Shown in pieces: positions 1 through 11,270 of a stretch of DNA of 64,000 bases. The stretch is taken from contig CAJINV010000002.1 in the NCBI GenBank assembly GCA_905178155.1, forward strand, positions 7,408,743 through 7,472,742. The letters run 5' to 3'. The stretch comes from Amoebophrya sp. A120 (Eukaryota > Protista > Dinoflagellata). The notes beneath the pieces are model-generated. The model worked only from the letters and a program-made list of their open reading frames with translations. It had not been told where the DNA came from and made no database searches. Within the stretch, counting starts at the first letter, position 1; each line of letters starts with the position of its first letter. The translations under genes were made by a program, and so were the position numbers.

Positions 1-253
1 AAGTGTTGCTTTCATGTCTGAGTGTCAATTATGAATAACAAAACCAACAGGCTAACCAGGTAAGCGTGCTTGCTTTGTTTCACGTAAGTCTATTTGTTTT
101 GATTTGTGCCTGAATTACATAAAACGAACGCATCTGTAAGAGTGTTTTAAGTATACCTATACCTTTAAGTTTACGACAGTGTCACACTCAGAATTTTGTA
201 ATAGAAGGACGTAACTAGAACGTGCTTGCCACGTTCCATAAAGAAACTGCACA

Positions 254-1708
254 ATGGCGGCCCTAGGACCAGAATTCTCGATGCAAGCGAACAATGCGCT
301 TTGTGAGAACCCGTATGCCCCGAATAACGACCACCTGTTTGACTTGCGAGCCCACGAGACGAGCGGGTTCTTCTTGAATAACCTGTCCGACTTGGGTGGA
401 ATCACGAAGAGTCTGGAGCCCCAGAAGTTTTTCATGAAGGAGAAAACGCTGAGCTTGACCCAGTTGTCCCTCCTCGCAGGGGGAACAGGTGATGTCCAGA
501 TCGAGGAGGTGTGGATCGGTTGTTGTTTTCAAGATTTTTCCTTTTATCATCAACCTGCTGCGGTTTCTGAATTTCGTCCGTACCTAGTCGTTCTTTCCGA
601 GACAGTGTCCAATTTGTTGGCTCCAAGGATTTCGGAGTTACGCATGGGGTCCTATCACCTCCAGGATGTGTCGGGCATGCTCGCCACCGCCCGGGAATAC
701 GGATTCGACAAGTTCTGGATCTACTTCGTGGTCTTCGAGCCCGAGGTCCTCCTTCCCGGCACCTTAAGCCTCATGAATCTTCGTCGGCCCAAATTCGTCT
801 ATGGAGTTATTCGGGATCCTTTCGCGCGCCATCGCCTGACGCCGATGATCGAGATGATCAACATGGTTGTGCAGACCACCTCCCGTTACACTGAGGTGGT
901 GCACTTGCAGCGCGTCGAGGAACTGGAGCGACAGTACCGCGACGAGCTCGCCAACTTGATGAACCAGAACATCTTGTTACGTGTCGAAAATGCTCGTCAT
1001 CGCGATACGCAGGAAGAAAGTAATCAGATGCAGATCGAGAACGAAGCGGTGCGCCTCGACATCTTAGAAGAGCGGGAACGCTGCACTGAATTGCGATTGG
1101 AAAACGAGCGTCTCCGCGGCGCGATCCGTCGGTTGACGGACCAGTTGCGCGCCCGTCGCGAGCGTGGATCCCGTCCCAACCGCAACCGCAACTTCGATTT
1201 GACGCCGCCCAGTTCCCCTGCCCTCGCGACAAGAGGTGGCTCCAGCCCGGACAGCACTGGTTCTGACACACCTAGTTCTCCGATTTCTCCGTTGTCGGGT
1301 TCGTCCGACTCTGACGAAGCCAATTCACGTCATGATCTTGAAATGACAGATGTCCAGGACGAGAACGACGCTATTCCTGGCGGCTCGCGCGCGCCAGTCA
1401 TACAAGATACTGGTTGTCGCACGATGCCCCGCTTGACAGCGGACATGAGTTTCTACAATCACATGAATATGCTTTTCCAAGAACGAGCGGCTAACCAAAA
1501 CACCGAAAACCGCTCCCCTCGTGTCTGGATCCACCAAAATGATGGTAATTTATACGAAGTCTCCCCCGAAGTAAATGTGGATGATCGCACCAGCTCCAAC
1601 AACGACGCTTTGTTTGGTTCGCCGGACAGTGGCACAGGCAACTCTAGTTCGTGGCATAGTACCATCCACGTGGGTCTGACCCAGGAGGATTTAGATCAGT
1701 TGGATTAA
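254..1708 (+). CDS. Hypothetical protein (484 aa) with central coiled coil and S/D-rich tail; possibly an accessory ORF of a mobile element
   Basis: Long intronless ATG ORF; E/R/L heptad-like stretch at about aa 215-300; opposite strand to all host genes; no family motif recognised. Confidence 0.6.
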   Translation: MAALGPEFSMQANNALCENPYAPNNDHLFDLRAHETSGFFLNNLSDLGGITKSLEPQKFFMKEKTLSLTQLSLLAGGTGDVQIEEVWIGCCFQDFSFYHQPAAVSEFRPYLVVLSETVSNLLAPRISELRMGSYHLQDVSGMLATAREYGFDKFWIYFVVFEPEVLLPGTLSLMNLRRPKFVYGVIRDPFARHRLTPMIEMINMVVQTTSRYTEVVHLQRVEELERQYRDELANLMNQNILLRVENARHRDTQEESNQMQIENEAVRLDILEERERCTELRLENERLRGAIRRLTDQLRARRERGSRPNRNRNFDLTPPSSPALATRGGSSPDSTGSDTPSSPISPLSGSSDSDEANSRHDLEMTDVQDENDAIPGGSRAPVIQDTGCRTMPRLTADMSFYNHMNMLFQERAANQNTENRSPRVWIHQNDGNLYEVSPEVNVDDRTSSNNDALFGSPDSGTGNSSSWHSTIHVGLTQEDLDQLD

Positions 1709-1780
1709 GTGTGTGGCTTGCCTACACAGAAAGCTAAAGAAAGCGTTAATCACAGATCTCTCAAAATCTCAAGAAATAAA

Positions 1781-2683
1781 ATGAACGTGCAACCTTCTCT
1801 ATTGCCGGTGCCTCTTGACGATCGGTATCCTTCCATCTTTACCGACGAAGTGTACCGGGCTGCGTCTCCAAGACACGTCTGTAAGAAAGCTGTAGTAAAA
1901 CACCCGAAAGCGACGCGTGCTGACGCCGACTTCCGGGGCATCAAAAACTTCAACTATAAATATAAAAGTTCCGGGGACGACAACACTTGGTCCGAAGACG
2001 ATTTCTTCCACCGCAAGGCCGAGGCGGAGGAAAACCGGATGAGGAAAGCGTGGAAGAAGAATATTATCAAAAAGAAAGGAAAGACACCATCTCCTGCTCG
2101 CCAGGAGAACCAAGACTTACCCCCTGCCAGCCAGGTGGGAATTGAACTAAAACCGAATTTACAGCCGAAAACTGCTGTCGTACTCGTCCCAGCTGCGCAC
2201 ACGAAGACCCCGTACACGAAGACCGTTGCGCAACTACTCGGAAACTACCGTTTTCGTCGCAATCACACGTATGCAGGACTCGAATGGCACCACGGCATGA
2301 AGTCCAATTCCGGAAGAGAGAGGCACTTCTGGAGGCAGGTGGAGTCGATCCTTTGCCCGAAAACATCTCACAGTGGTTTCATCATGGGCGGTTACTTTGC
2401 AGACTGGCTTCTTGGGCAGTTCGAGAAAAGAAAACTGGATCCACGGTGCTTACGGGATAAGGTGGCGTTTCATAATGTCTTCGAGCAAGAATTCTTGGAG
2501 AATCACTGTCATGGTTCTCTAGAGTTCCAGGGACCTCCGCCGGGACCGTACGACAAGATCGTGGCCATTTCTGCCAAACCACGTGTGCAGCAGGCGATTC
2601 AAGACAAACGATCTGAGTTACAGGCGAACCCAGACGACAACGACATCATTTCCACGAGCGAATCAGAACAGGCTTCCGAGTAA
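1781..2683 (+). CDS. Hypothetical basic protein (about 300 aa), same frame as the upstream ORF
   Basis: Open frame 1709-2683, first ATG at 1781; separated from ORF 254-1708 by one TAA. Confidence 0.5.
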   Translation: MNVQPSLLPVPLDDRYPSIFTDEVYRAASPRHVCKKAVVKHPKATRADADFRGIKNFNYKYKSSGDDNTWSEDDFFHRKAEAEENRMRKAWKKNIIKKKGKTPSPARQENQDLPPASQVGIELKPNLQPKTAVVLVPAAHTKTPYTKTVAQLLGNYRFRRNHTYAGLEWHHGMKSNSGRERHFWRQVESILCPKTSHSGFIMGGYFADWLLGQFEKRKLDPRCLRDKVAFHNVFEQEFLENHCHGSLEFQGPPPGPYDKIVAISAKPRVQQAIQDKRSELQANPDDNDIISTSESEQASE

Positions 2684-2824
2684 GACGAGGAAGACGAGAA
2701 TTACAACTAAAAAGGACATCTTCCAACAACTGATTGCAACTAAAACAACTCCAACATCACTTCGTTCAGCTAGCACAGCTTCAACATCCTAACCACCAGA
2801 ACACTCGCTTTTGCGAAAGAGAGG

Positions 2825-3342
2825 CGTTATGAGAAATGATGATATTCGCAGGCAACTAGTGTTCAATCAAGATACCGGTGCGGTTGTGGTTTGAGATGAG
2901 GTTGAAGTTGAGAAGATCAAAGTTTTCGTCGTTGGTTTTGAAAGTCACTTTTGACTCTCGACTTGTGTCTCGAGCCTACAAGCTACAAAACATGATGTGA
3001 AACAACTCAAGACAAGAGCCGGGAGGACACTGGACAGTGTCGCGACGTCTCTGAAATCGAGACGTCAACGTAGCGGATCAGCCGCCAACTAAACTGTATT
3101 GTCACAGCTTTGAACTTGAAATGTACTGGGAACTTGCAACAACAAATAAATAAAAATAAAACGAAACGACACGCCCTCGCTCTTGGCACGAGCTTGTCCG
3201 TGTGCTTGCACAGGAGGTGCGAGCCCGCAAGAGCTTCTCCGCTTGTTTTGATCAACGTTTGCTCAGTCGTCGTTATCGCTGCTGTTGTCGCAACTAAATC
3301 AGCTTACAACTGTGCGATCCCTCCTCACCAGTTAGACCCACA
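2825..3342 (+). mobile_element. Candidate 3' LTR of an element extending left of the window (right boundary uncertain)
   Basis: Purine tract GAAAGAGAGG (2815-2824) followed by CGTT, resembling the PPT/3'-LTR junction of the copia element at 52.6 kb; AATAAA motifs near 3145; no second copy in the window. Confidence 0.25.
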
Positions 3343-3984
3343 AAAATCCCTAGGGATGGTAGATTGGAAATCAGGGAATTTCACGCCTAAGGGAATTTGG
3401 TTTGGCAATAATCATATTGTAGTATCATAGATTTAGAATAATAATATAGGATCCAGGATTTCAGATGGATCTTTCTCTGATTACCAAATTTGAATCTTAT
3501 CGATCCAGATATACACACAGAAAAATATTTTTTTTTTTCAATTGATTTAGGATTAATTTTTCGAATTCGAAATCATGAAAAATTGGTTTTTTTTCAATAA
3601 GAATGGATCGATCATCAGAATATTTTTTTGATGAGAATAAAGATATATACCTGATGAGAATGAAGATAAATATATATATGATGAGAATGCAGATGGATAA
3701 TCTAAAAAAATATTTTTTTAAAATTTTTGGATTTCTCTCTTTCTTGTCATATCTGGGCATGTATGACTCAAATTATCATTCTGCTCCAATCCGAAATTGT
3801 CTGTCATCGATCTCATCATCATATAATTCTCTCGATTGATGAAGATAAAGATAAAGATAAAGATGGAGGAATGAAATAGAAAAATTATATTTGAAGAATA
3901 AAGAATGTCAAGCTCTAGTTCAAGAGTTTTTGAAATTTTTGGATGGAAAGAAAACAAAATTCAATCGATTACAATTACAATTTA

Positions 3985-6445
3985 TTCATGAGGGAAACTC
4001 GCGAGACTACAACCCTATTTGTTCAACAGAGGAGTCGAAATGAGAGGAGACTCGATCTTTCCGTCCTCGCGCGCGCAGGGACTAACTGCGCGAGGCTCTT
4101 CGTTTCAGCGCCCTTACTCCGGGGTCGCATCCGGAGTGTACTGCTTCGTGAGATCCCGACCCAGTTGCTGCGTGTTGTGCACTCGGCCAGGCGCAGGGTC
4201 GGGAAGGCCGTCTTCGAACGCAGTTTCGTCTTACTGCTGTGGCCCCTCGCGGGCCTCTCGCGCGCGTCTCTGCGCCCGGATTCTGGCGACGTCCTCCCAG
4301 GGGTCGGCCCGCAGTGCGGCACGGACCTCTTCAGCAGCTTCTGCCGCTTCGTCTGCTGTCGCGTGCAACTCCGGGTCGATGACGCGGGTCAGCGGGAAGA
4401 CCTCCCCCGCATCGTCGGTGATGCGCAAGGTGGCCGCGAGTTTCTTCGTCAGTGTGTTGAAGGTGACCCCCACCGGAAGCTCCTTGCTGCCTCCACGCAG
4501 CTCGAGCGCCTGCTTTACTCGCTGCGGTTCTTCGTTGTGGAGCCGCTTCGGCAACGCCCGTTGCTCCGGCTGTGGTTTTGGTGGTGGCGCGAACGTCTCG
4601 CCGAAGTCTTTCTCCGCGGCGGCCTGCTGCCGGCAGCGCATGTGCACAAAGGCCGCGCGGAGAGAGCCGAAGCGCTTCAGCGGCCCCCTGTTCCCCGGGC
4701 GACACTCCAAGCATGCGCACTTGATTTCTGCAATGCGCCACTTTTTAGGCCTCGGCAGTGCGGCGTCGCGATAGAGCTCCGGGAGGTCGTCCCGGTCCGG
4801 GAACACTACGAAGTCATCCCAGGAGCAGATCTGACTCACGATCTCACAGCACTCCGCCTGCATGTCAAAAGCCCCGCTGGGGGGGTTGTCTAGTTCCTGC
4901 AGCACGTTGTTGCCCCCCACGAAGTTGATCATCTTCGCCAGCACCGTCGGCTTGCCTTTTTTGTCTACCTCCCCCGTGCAGACCCGGAGGGCGTTCGTGA
5001 TCTCCTGCTTTGCGTTCAGTTCTACGGGCTGGATGGCCGTCGTCGGCCACCTCTTCTGCTCGGTCTCTTGCGCCAGCGGGCACGTCTGTTCGTGACTGCG
5101 GACTTCAAACACTCGCCAGTCCGTCTCCTCCGAGAGGGGGTGGCAATCGTAGTGGTTCGCGAACTTAATCGGACACCTTTCCCCCGGTCTCTGTCCTGGG
5201 ACGCAGAAGTGGCACGCCGGTGCCGCTCGGCAGCGGTTAGGCGCGTCGAGGTCAGCCGCAACCTTGCTGATCGCCTCCGCGAGGCTACGGCCCTCCTCGG
5301 AGTCCTGGATTGCTTTGCCCCCTGCGCGGTCGTACCACTGCCGGAAAGACTGGAGGTCATGTCGAGGCAGCTGGTCAATGTCCTTCTTTGAAAAATGCGA
5401 AACCCAATGCGCCTGGGCCTCGACCTTCTGCTCTTCCATGCACTGCGGGTCCGCCGCGTAGTCTTGCACGGTCAGTGCTATACGCGCCTCAAAGATCAGG
5501 GTCCTCCAGACTGTGCGGCAGGTTGCTAGCGCCAGCATGAGCGAGTCCGACACCTCTCCGCCGCATACGAGCGCCAGCGTCTTTTTGCCCTGTGTCCAGA
5601 GCGTGTCCGGACTTGCCCCCGGTCGCGGTGCGGCCAACCACTCGTACTCCAACCTGGGAACCCCTCCCAGCAAAAACGCTCCGAAGAGCGCACGGCGCGA
5701 CAACCGCCAGTGCGGAAGTCTGACCAAGTGGCCCAAGAAGCGCAGCTGCATGAAGCGGATGAACGCCACTAGGGGTTCGACTTTGTGAATCCTACGGAGC
5801 CGGCAGATCGGTAGGTGGAGCGAGTGCAGTTGCCAGCGGCGGTAACCGCACAACATGAGCATCGCGTCGCTTTCTAACTTCTGCAGTGATGCGATCTCAT
5901 CCGCGCCCCAGGTGCGTGTCTCGCATGCGAAGGTTCCCCGCGAGCGAATCCGGCAGACCAGGTTCACTATCAGGTCCGTGCCGCTCTCCGCAGCGCCCCC
6001 GATGGCTGCGAGTTCTGTGATCGCCCAGGACATGCGCTGCTTCCGTACTTCGACGTCTTGCGCGTCGTCCAACCAGTTCCCCAGGTAGCGGCAGGCGGCG
6101 GTGAGCTGTGTGGCCGTCATACTCGCCAAGAGGTACTTGGTGCGGTTCGCCCACACGCCTGTGCAATTCCCCATTGCCATCCAGGCGGAGTTCAGCACCA
6201 GTGCGCCCGGGATGCGGTCGGGGAACGCGGTATCGTCCGCGAAACGCAGCTCCTTCAAAACGTCTAGCAACACACGCGCCGAACCGGAAAGCGCCTGCGC
6301 GATCGTGTCGGCCGTTTGCCCCGGAGTGGCGAACTGCGCGCGGGGCGCCCACAGTCGCAGGCCCCAGGGCTGTGCCGCCCCCTGTGCTGCCTGTTCCACA
6401 ATTCCGCGGTAAATCGCAATGCACACGTCGTACGCTGTTGCGAAT
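3985..6445 (-). mobile_element. 5'-truncated non-LTR retrotransposon, RTE-like
   Basis: GC-rich island between AT-rich flanks; encodes the C-terminal half of an RT; AATAAA plus (TTGTAA)2 on the minus strand near 3965-3990; boundaries approximate. Confidence 0.8.
4231..6426 (-). CDS. Non-LTR reverse transcriptase, C-terminal part, with long Cys/His-rich extension
   Basis: LRFADD (RT catalytic motif), NRTK, RYLG, FACET (cf. YGCETW), QLRFLGHLVRL..RLSRRALFG (RTE-type post-RT motif); no endonuclease or N-terminal RT motifs. Confidence 0.8.
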   Translation of the reverse strand: MCIAIYRGIVEQAAQGAAQPWGLRLWAPRAQFATPGQTADTIAQALSGSARVLLDVLKELRFADDTAFPDRIPGALVLNSAWMAMGNCTGVWANRTKYLLASMTATQLTAACRYLGNWLDDAQDVEVRKQRMSWAITELAAIGGAAESGTDLIVNLVCRIRSRGTFACETRTWGADEIASLQKLESDAMLMLCGYRRWQLHSLHLPICRLRRIHKVEPLVAFIRFMQLRFLGHLVRLPHWRLSRRALFGAFLLGGVPRLEYEWLAAPRPGASPDTLWTQGKKTLALVCGGEVSDSLMLALATCRTVWRTLIFEARIALTVQDYAADPQCMEEQKVEAQAHWVSHFSKKDIDQLPRHDLQSFRQWYDRAGGKAIQDSEEGRSLAEAISKVAADLDAPNRCRAAPACHFCVPGQRPGERCPIKFANHYDCHPLSEETDWRVFEVRSHEQTCPLAQETEQKRWPTTAIQPVELNAKQEITNALRVCTGEVDKKGKPTVLAKMINFVGGNNVLQELDNPPSGAFDMQAECCEIVSQICSWDDFVVFPDRDDLPELYRDAALPRPKKWRIAEIKCACLECRPGNRGPLKRFGSLRAAFVHMRCRQQAAAEKDFGETFAPPPKPQPEQRALPKRLHNEEPQRVKQALELRGGSKELPVGVTFNTLTKKLAATLRITDDAGEVFPLTRVIDPELHATADEAAEAAEEVRAALRADPWEDVARIRAQRRAREAREGPQQ

Positions 6446-7525
6446 GAATATATTTTGAGATTCCATTACATCGATTATTTCATATTCTTTTGATTCTTTA
6501 TGCTATTTTCATTTACATTTTGATGATAGAAAATTTTTGAAACACCAGATCTTCCTAAACAAGAATGACCTCCCCGACCGATTGAATATTGCGTGACCCA
6601 CGAACCATGGACCTAAAGATGAGATTTCTGATCATCATGAATAAAAAAAAGAATCACAAATCTGAATAAAACCGAAGAGATTCCCCGATGATACATTGAT
6701 GACGAAAAAAAACTCTCTTGAATTAACCACTCTTATCCTTCTTTCTTTAAATATTTTTGATCATGAACATGATTTGATCGAAGATATATGTTTTATTGTA
6801 TTCTCAAATGATTCATGGAGATATCACGAGATGATCCTTGAGATCGGTTTTTTTCTATGACCAAATAAATGAATATGCAAGAACATGCTGAATAAATCTT
6901 CGAATAATGGATAAGAAAAAGCGTCACCATGTTTTTTTCTGTCGCTGCATATATTCAAGTTGTCTCAAGAACGCAACACCAATTTTAATTTTCTTGAAAT
7001 CAAAATCACAAGTATAGCAATACAAATCGCATGGTCATGTTGATTTTGCAGCATCTGCATCAGCATCGTGATCATTGCAACAAACATGATCGAGATTTGT
7101 TATTTGAAATCGGGTTCTTCTTGTTGCGCATAAAATCAGGCTCCTCACGCACCGATATCGTTGAGGTTAGTGATAAAATCCGTTCCAAATTCTATCCACC
7201 ATTGTGCATCTGCCTCTCACTAATCCGCATGTCGTGTTTTGTTCGCCTATCAAGAGTATGGAAGTTCGGAACTAGTTCTCTGCTTTGGTCATGCAAAAGG
7301 TTCGTTTTCTTCCTCGCTGTCTTCATCTTTTGGTGGAAAGACGAAGCATTTTCGCGCCGTTCGCTAAGAGCACGTACCTGGATTAAACTCCTCAATTTCG
7401 CGAACCAAGATTCAGAAAACACAAATATAATAACGCGCGCGCAGGCGCACTTTATTAGTTGCATGGACAAAAGATCTGGTGTGCTGTTTGATCCCGAAGG
7501 AGCAATGCCTCGCTGATGCTTAAGT

Positions 7526-8603
7526 CTAAGTCATCGATCTGAGTTTTTGTTTTTCTGTTTTTTGCTTTTTCTCGCCTGCCTTTGACCTCCATGACATCAT
7601 AGAACTTAGTTCGCCATCCATACACCGCGTCGACAACACCACGCGGACGTCCGTGCCGTTGGCCTCCAGCACGATGCCGATTTTTTCTTTCGCTCGGCTC
7701 TCGTCGGTCGGCCGCGCCGGTGCCGCTGCGTTCGCTAGCCGACTCAGGAGAAGTGCGTCTCCCCAGAAGGTACCCACCTCAGAAATGAAGACCCGGGCCT
7801 CTGAGGCCAAGTGGAACAGCGCCAGATTGATGCTTGCGTCGTACCGCGGACCCAGGTGGTACGGTTTGCGCAGAATGTAGAACTTGAAAAGCGCAGGGGA
7901 AATCTGGTCAGACATCCACTTCTCCCAATGCAAAAGCTCGTCTTCCGTGTACACATTCAGATCCGAAAACGCGGACTTGCGGTAAAGGTTCAGATTCAGG
8001 GCCGCGCAGTTCACTTCGTTGTTTGTCTCCGCCGTCACAATTGTCGCGATTTTCCGAGTATGCATTGCAAAAATTGCGAGCGCTGTCGCCTCCGGGCCGG
8101 CAAAAGGGCGTTATGTTTAAACATAAACTTACCACACTGGTCATCGTGCTGCCGACGGCGCTGGGCATCTATCGCACTTCACACGAACACACGAAAGAGG
8201 ATGCGCTTCTTACGCACTCGCATCGCAGGCACGACCATGGGCCCTGCGTTGCTCACCATGACAGCATGCAGAATGAGCTTTTTACTATGGATCAGGCCCA
8301 GGCACGTCATGGCACCTCGCAGATTTACTTCGGATATCGCACGAAATTCCGCAAGGAAACGTATTGTACGCACTCCTGGTTGGCGTAGAAGTTGGTCGCC
8401 CGTCCCTGTCGCGCGCAGCTGGTCATGGAGACGTAGGGATCAGTAGTCGATTTGTATGTAGCTGTCGGCGCCGCGGACGACACAACGTCCGGCGCCGCGG
8501 TGATGACTGCTGCAGCAGAGGCAGGAGCCTGGGCGTTGCCTGCAGGTGCATTGCCATTGGTCGACAGAGGCTCGACTTCCAAATCTGCTATCATGGTCGC
8601 CAT
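7526..8603 (-). CDS. Hypothetical multi-exon protein (exon structure unresolved)
   Basis: Protein-like ORF segments 8603-8325 and 8065-7526; GTAAGT donor near 8132. Confidence 0.4.
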
Positions 8604-8989
8604 CTCCGCATGGGTTAACTGCCGCGACCCCCGGCGGGTGCGCCCGACGAAGTTGGGAACTTTGGTCACAAGCGGAGGACTATAGGGAGGCAAATTATTT
8701 CTCTTGTCGGATGTGGGACGAGGAGAAAGAGCAGACGCTTTCGCTTTGTTTTCATGCTCTTTTGTTTCTATTCTTGATGACGAATGCAATATATGAATCG
8801 ATATGCCAAGTACAAAGAAGCTGCATCAAATGCGAACTTCGGAATAATTCCCATGATCACAGCTGCTGCCCTCTAAGCAAGGCCCAAAGAGGACAACAAA
8901 CATGCTCAGGAAGCGGGAAAGCATACGATGCTCATTATGATCATCAATTTCAATACTTTCTTTTAGTCGTTGACTTTCCCCCGAAACCG

Positions 8990-11270
8990 TCACGCCTCCA
9001 CGAATAAAATCATTTGCAATTTTTCATAGTCTTGCGGCAGGAATAGCCGGCGGCGAAGCAATACGTACGCGCAAGATGACGACGAAGATTTTGTTCCGGC
9101 GGCGCCACCTGGCAACACGCCCCCCTCGTTCGAAGAGTCATCCTCGTCAGGAGCAATCAATTTTCTTGTCGCCTTAGGTAAAAAATTCTGCCCTGCGCCG
9201 CCGTTAACGTTATAGCCGACGGGGGCTGATACGTGAGGCACTGTCTTTCTTGAAGCCGTAGTCGACGAAGATGAGGATCCACCGGCAGAGCCACCTCCTC
9301 CTCCACGAGATGAAGTAGATGATATCATGCTGTTTTCAACACTTCGTCTTTCCCTCCCACTGAGCCGCGACTTTTCCTGCAGGCGCGCAAGGTCGGCCTC
9401 GCTGCCGCGGATCTTGACAACTTTGTCGGATGGAGTTGTGCTTGTAATTCTTGTCGCAGCTCCGTCGTGAGCGTGTGCGCTTTCTTCATCTCTTTCGGCG
9501 GAAGTACCGGCTTCAGCTGCTGCTGCAGGTGTTTCCAGTGCGGGGTTGTCGCTGTCAGCTCCCGCCCCAAGGTCAGCATTTTCTGTAGTCGAGTGTTCAT
9601 TTCCATCCTCTGACGAGGGAGAAAAGATCGGCTTCCAGTCCCTAGCGTGTTTCCTCTGCAAGTTTCGAAAATACACAGTGCTGTTGAAGTACCGACTGGC
9701 GACGTCCACCAGTTCTTCTTCCAGCGGCCACGTCTGCGGTCGAAAGGCTAGAGCCCGCCCCACTTGAAAGGCCTCCTCGGTGAAGATCGCTGGGCTCAGG
9801 TGGAGAAGCATGTTCGCCGCGAGCGTGCTGTGCGTGAAGCTGTAGTAGTCTTGGAAATACAGCCGGAGCACCCCGCTGCTAAATGTGTGCTGTACGCGCG
9901 TCGACTCGATCCAAGCCTGTTTCTCGTCCTTCAGCTTGCTGATCGACTCCGCCAGCTGGATGCGGAGAGATTGCACACTCATCGGAGTCGGCGGTAGGGA
10001 CGAGGGCCGCGCGGAAGAACTACTTCCTGCGTTTATCACGTTGTCGACGCTCGATGTACTAGTTCCACCTCCATGTCCATCTGGGCTTTGCATCTGTTCC
10101 ATAGCGCGTAACTGCTCCAACGCGAGGTCAAATTCAGTTTCCTCTTGTTGTTGTGCGACGACCGATGCTGGCGTAGAGATACTAGCACCTCCTCCGGCCG
10201 CGGCACTGCTAGAACTTTTCCTGCTTATTTCACCTTCTTGACGGTCTACGGCCAGCCTCAAAAGCGTGGCTGTCTTGACATCGCGTTCTCGTTTCCACGC
10301 CCAGTACATGGTGGCGGCGTTGGAGAGAAATTTGAGCAGTTCGGGCGCCAACTCCTCGGGGCGTTGGCGGTGCAGCAAATCGTCCGGCCGGCATGTTGGT
10401 TGCAGCAGCTTCGGGAGTGTGTTCCAGAAGGGGTTCAGCAGGAAGTCTGCCACGCCCTTGCGCTGCCCGTCCTCCGCCCAGATGAACTTGGTTTTGTCCA
10501 CTTGGACGGTGACCTCCGCTTCGAGCTTATTCGAACACGGGATCGCGATTTCCTTTGCGACTGTGGCGCCGCCTTGCTGTCTCGGGTGACCGCTAAACGA
10601 AGAGGATGCCGTGCTACCTCTTACGTGTTTTATCTGCACCAGTTTCATTCACAGGAAAGCAAATGCGATCCATCGTGCATGTACAAAAAGTTTTGTAGCA
10701 GCACCACGCAGCGGGTACAAGATTTACGCAATATGTCATTAGCGTTGCCGTTTCATCCGAGTAATAGAGTTTGTGCGGCTGTATGTCATCACTTCATGCA
10801 TGAATCTCGCGGCTGTATTTTATTACGTGTAGTACGGGACTCGACGTTAGATTTGCTTCACGCTCATAGCTTCTTGGTCAAATTCCGCTATTTTCACATC
10901 CAGCTCCCGCTCAATCTTCTGCAAGTCGAACACGTCGCGAAACCGCTTCGCCGGTAGTTTCTCCTTCTCTGCGAGGGACAATTCGCTGAGCCCCGCCCCG
11001 GAATGCACGCCCCACAGGCCCCAGTCCGTTTCCAGGGAGACCGGGGTGTTGATTTTGATCACGGTATGACAGTTGTTCTTCGACGAGAAACACGTCACGG
11101 TCTTCTTCCACTTCGTCACGAAGGTCAGTAGGGCAATGAAAGCAGCGATGCTTGCGCCGAAAGAATGCACGATGTCGGCGCAGAACAAAATGACATCCGG
11201 ATTCTCCGACGATGCTGCCGCTGCGTCGGTACTTTTGGGGTTAGCGTGGTCGTCGTGGGAACGCAGAATA
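8990..11270 (-). CDS. Hypothetical low-complexity protein, at least two exons (ends uncertain)
   Basis: 552-aa ORF 10648-8990 joins the same-frame upstream ORF through a plausible GT-AG intron 10634-10861 (228 nt). Confidence 0.55.

Noticed and set aside
3497-3957. Hydrophobic ORFs in AT-rich DNA as a possible mitochondrial insertion
   Set aside because: No cox1, cox3 or cob motifs; base composition explains the F/I/K/L content
3943-4893. 316-aa plus-strand ORF and many similar antisense ORFs across the window
   Set aside because: Shadows of GC-rich minus-strand coding sequence with no motifs of their own
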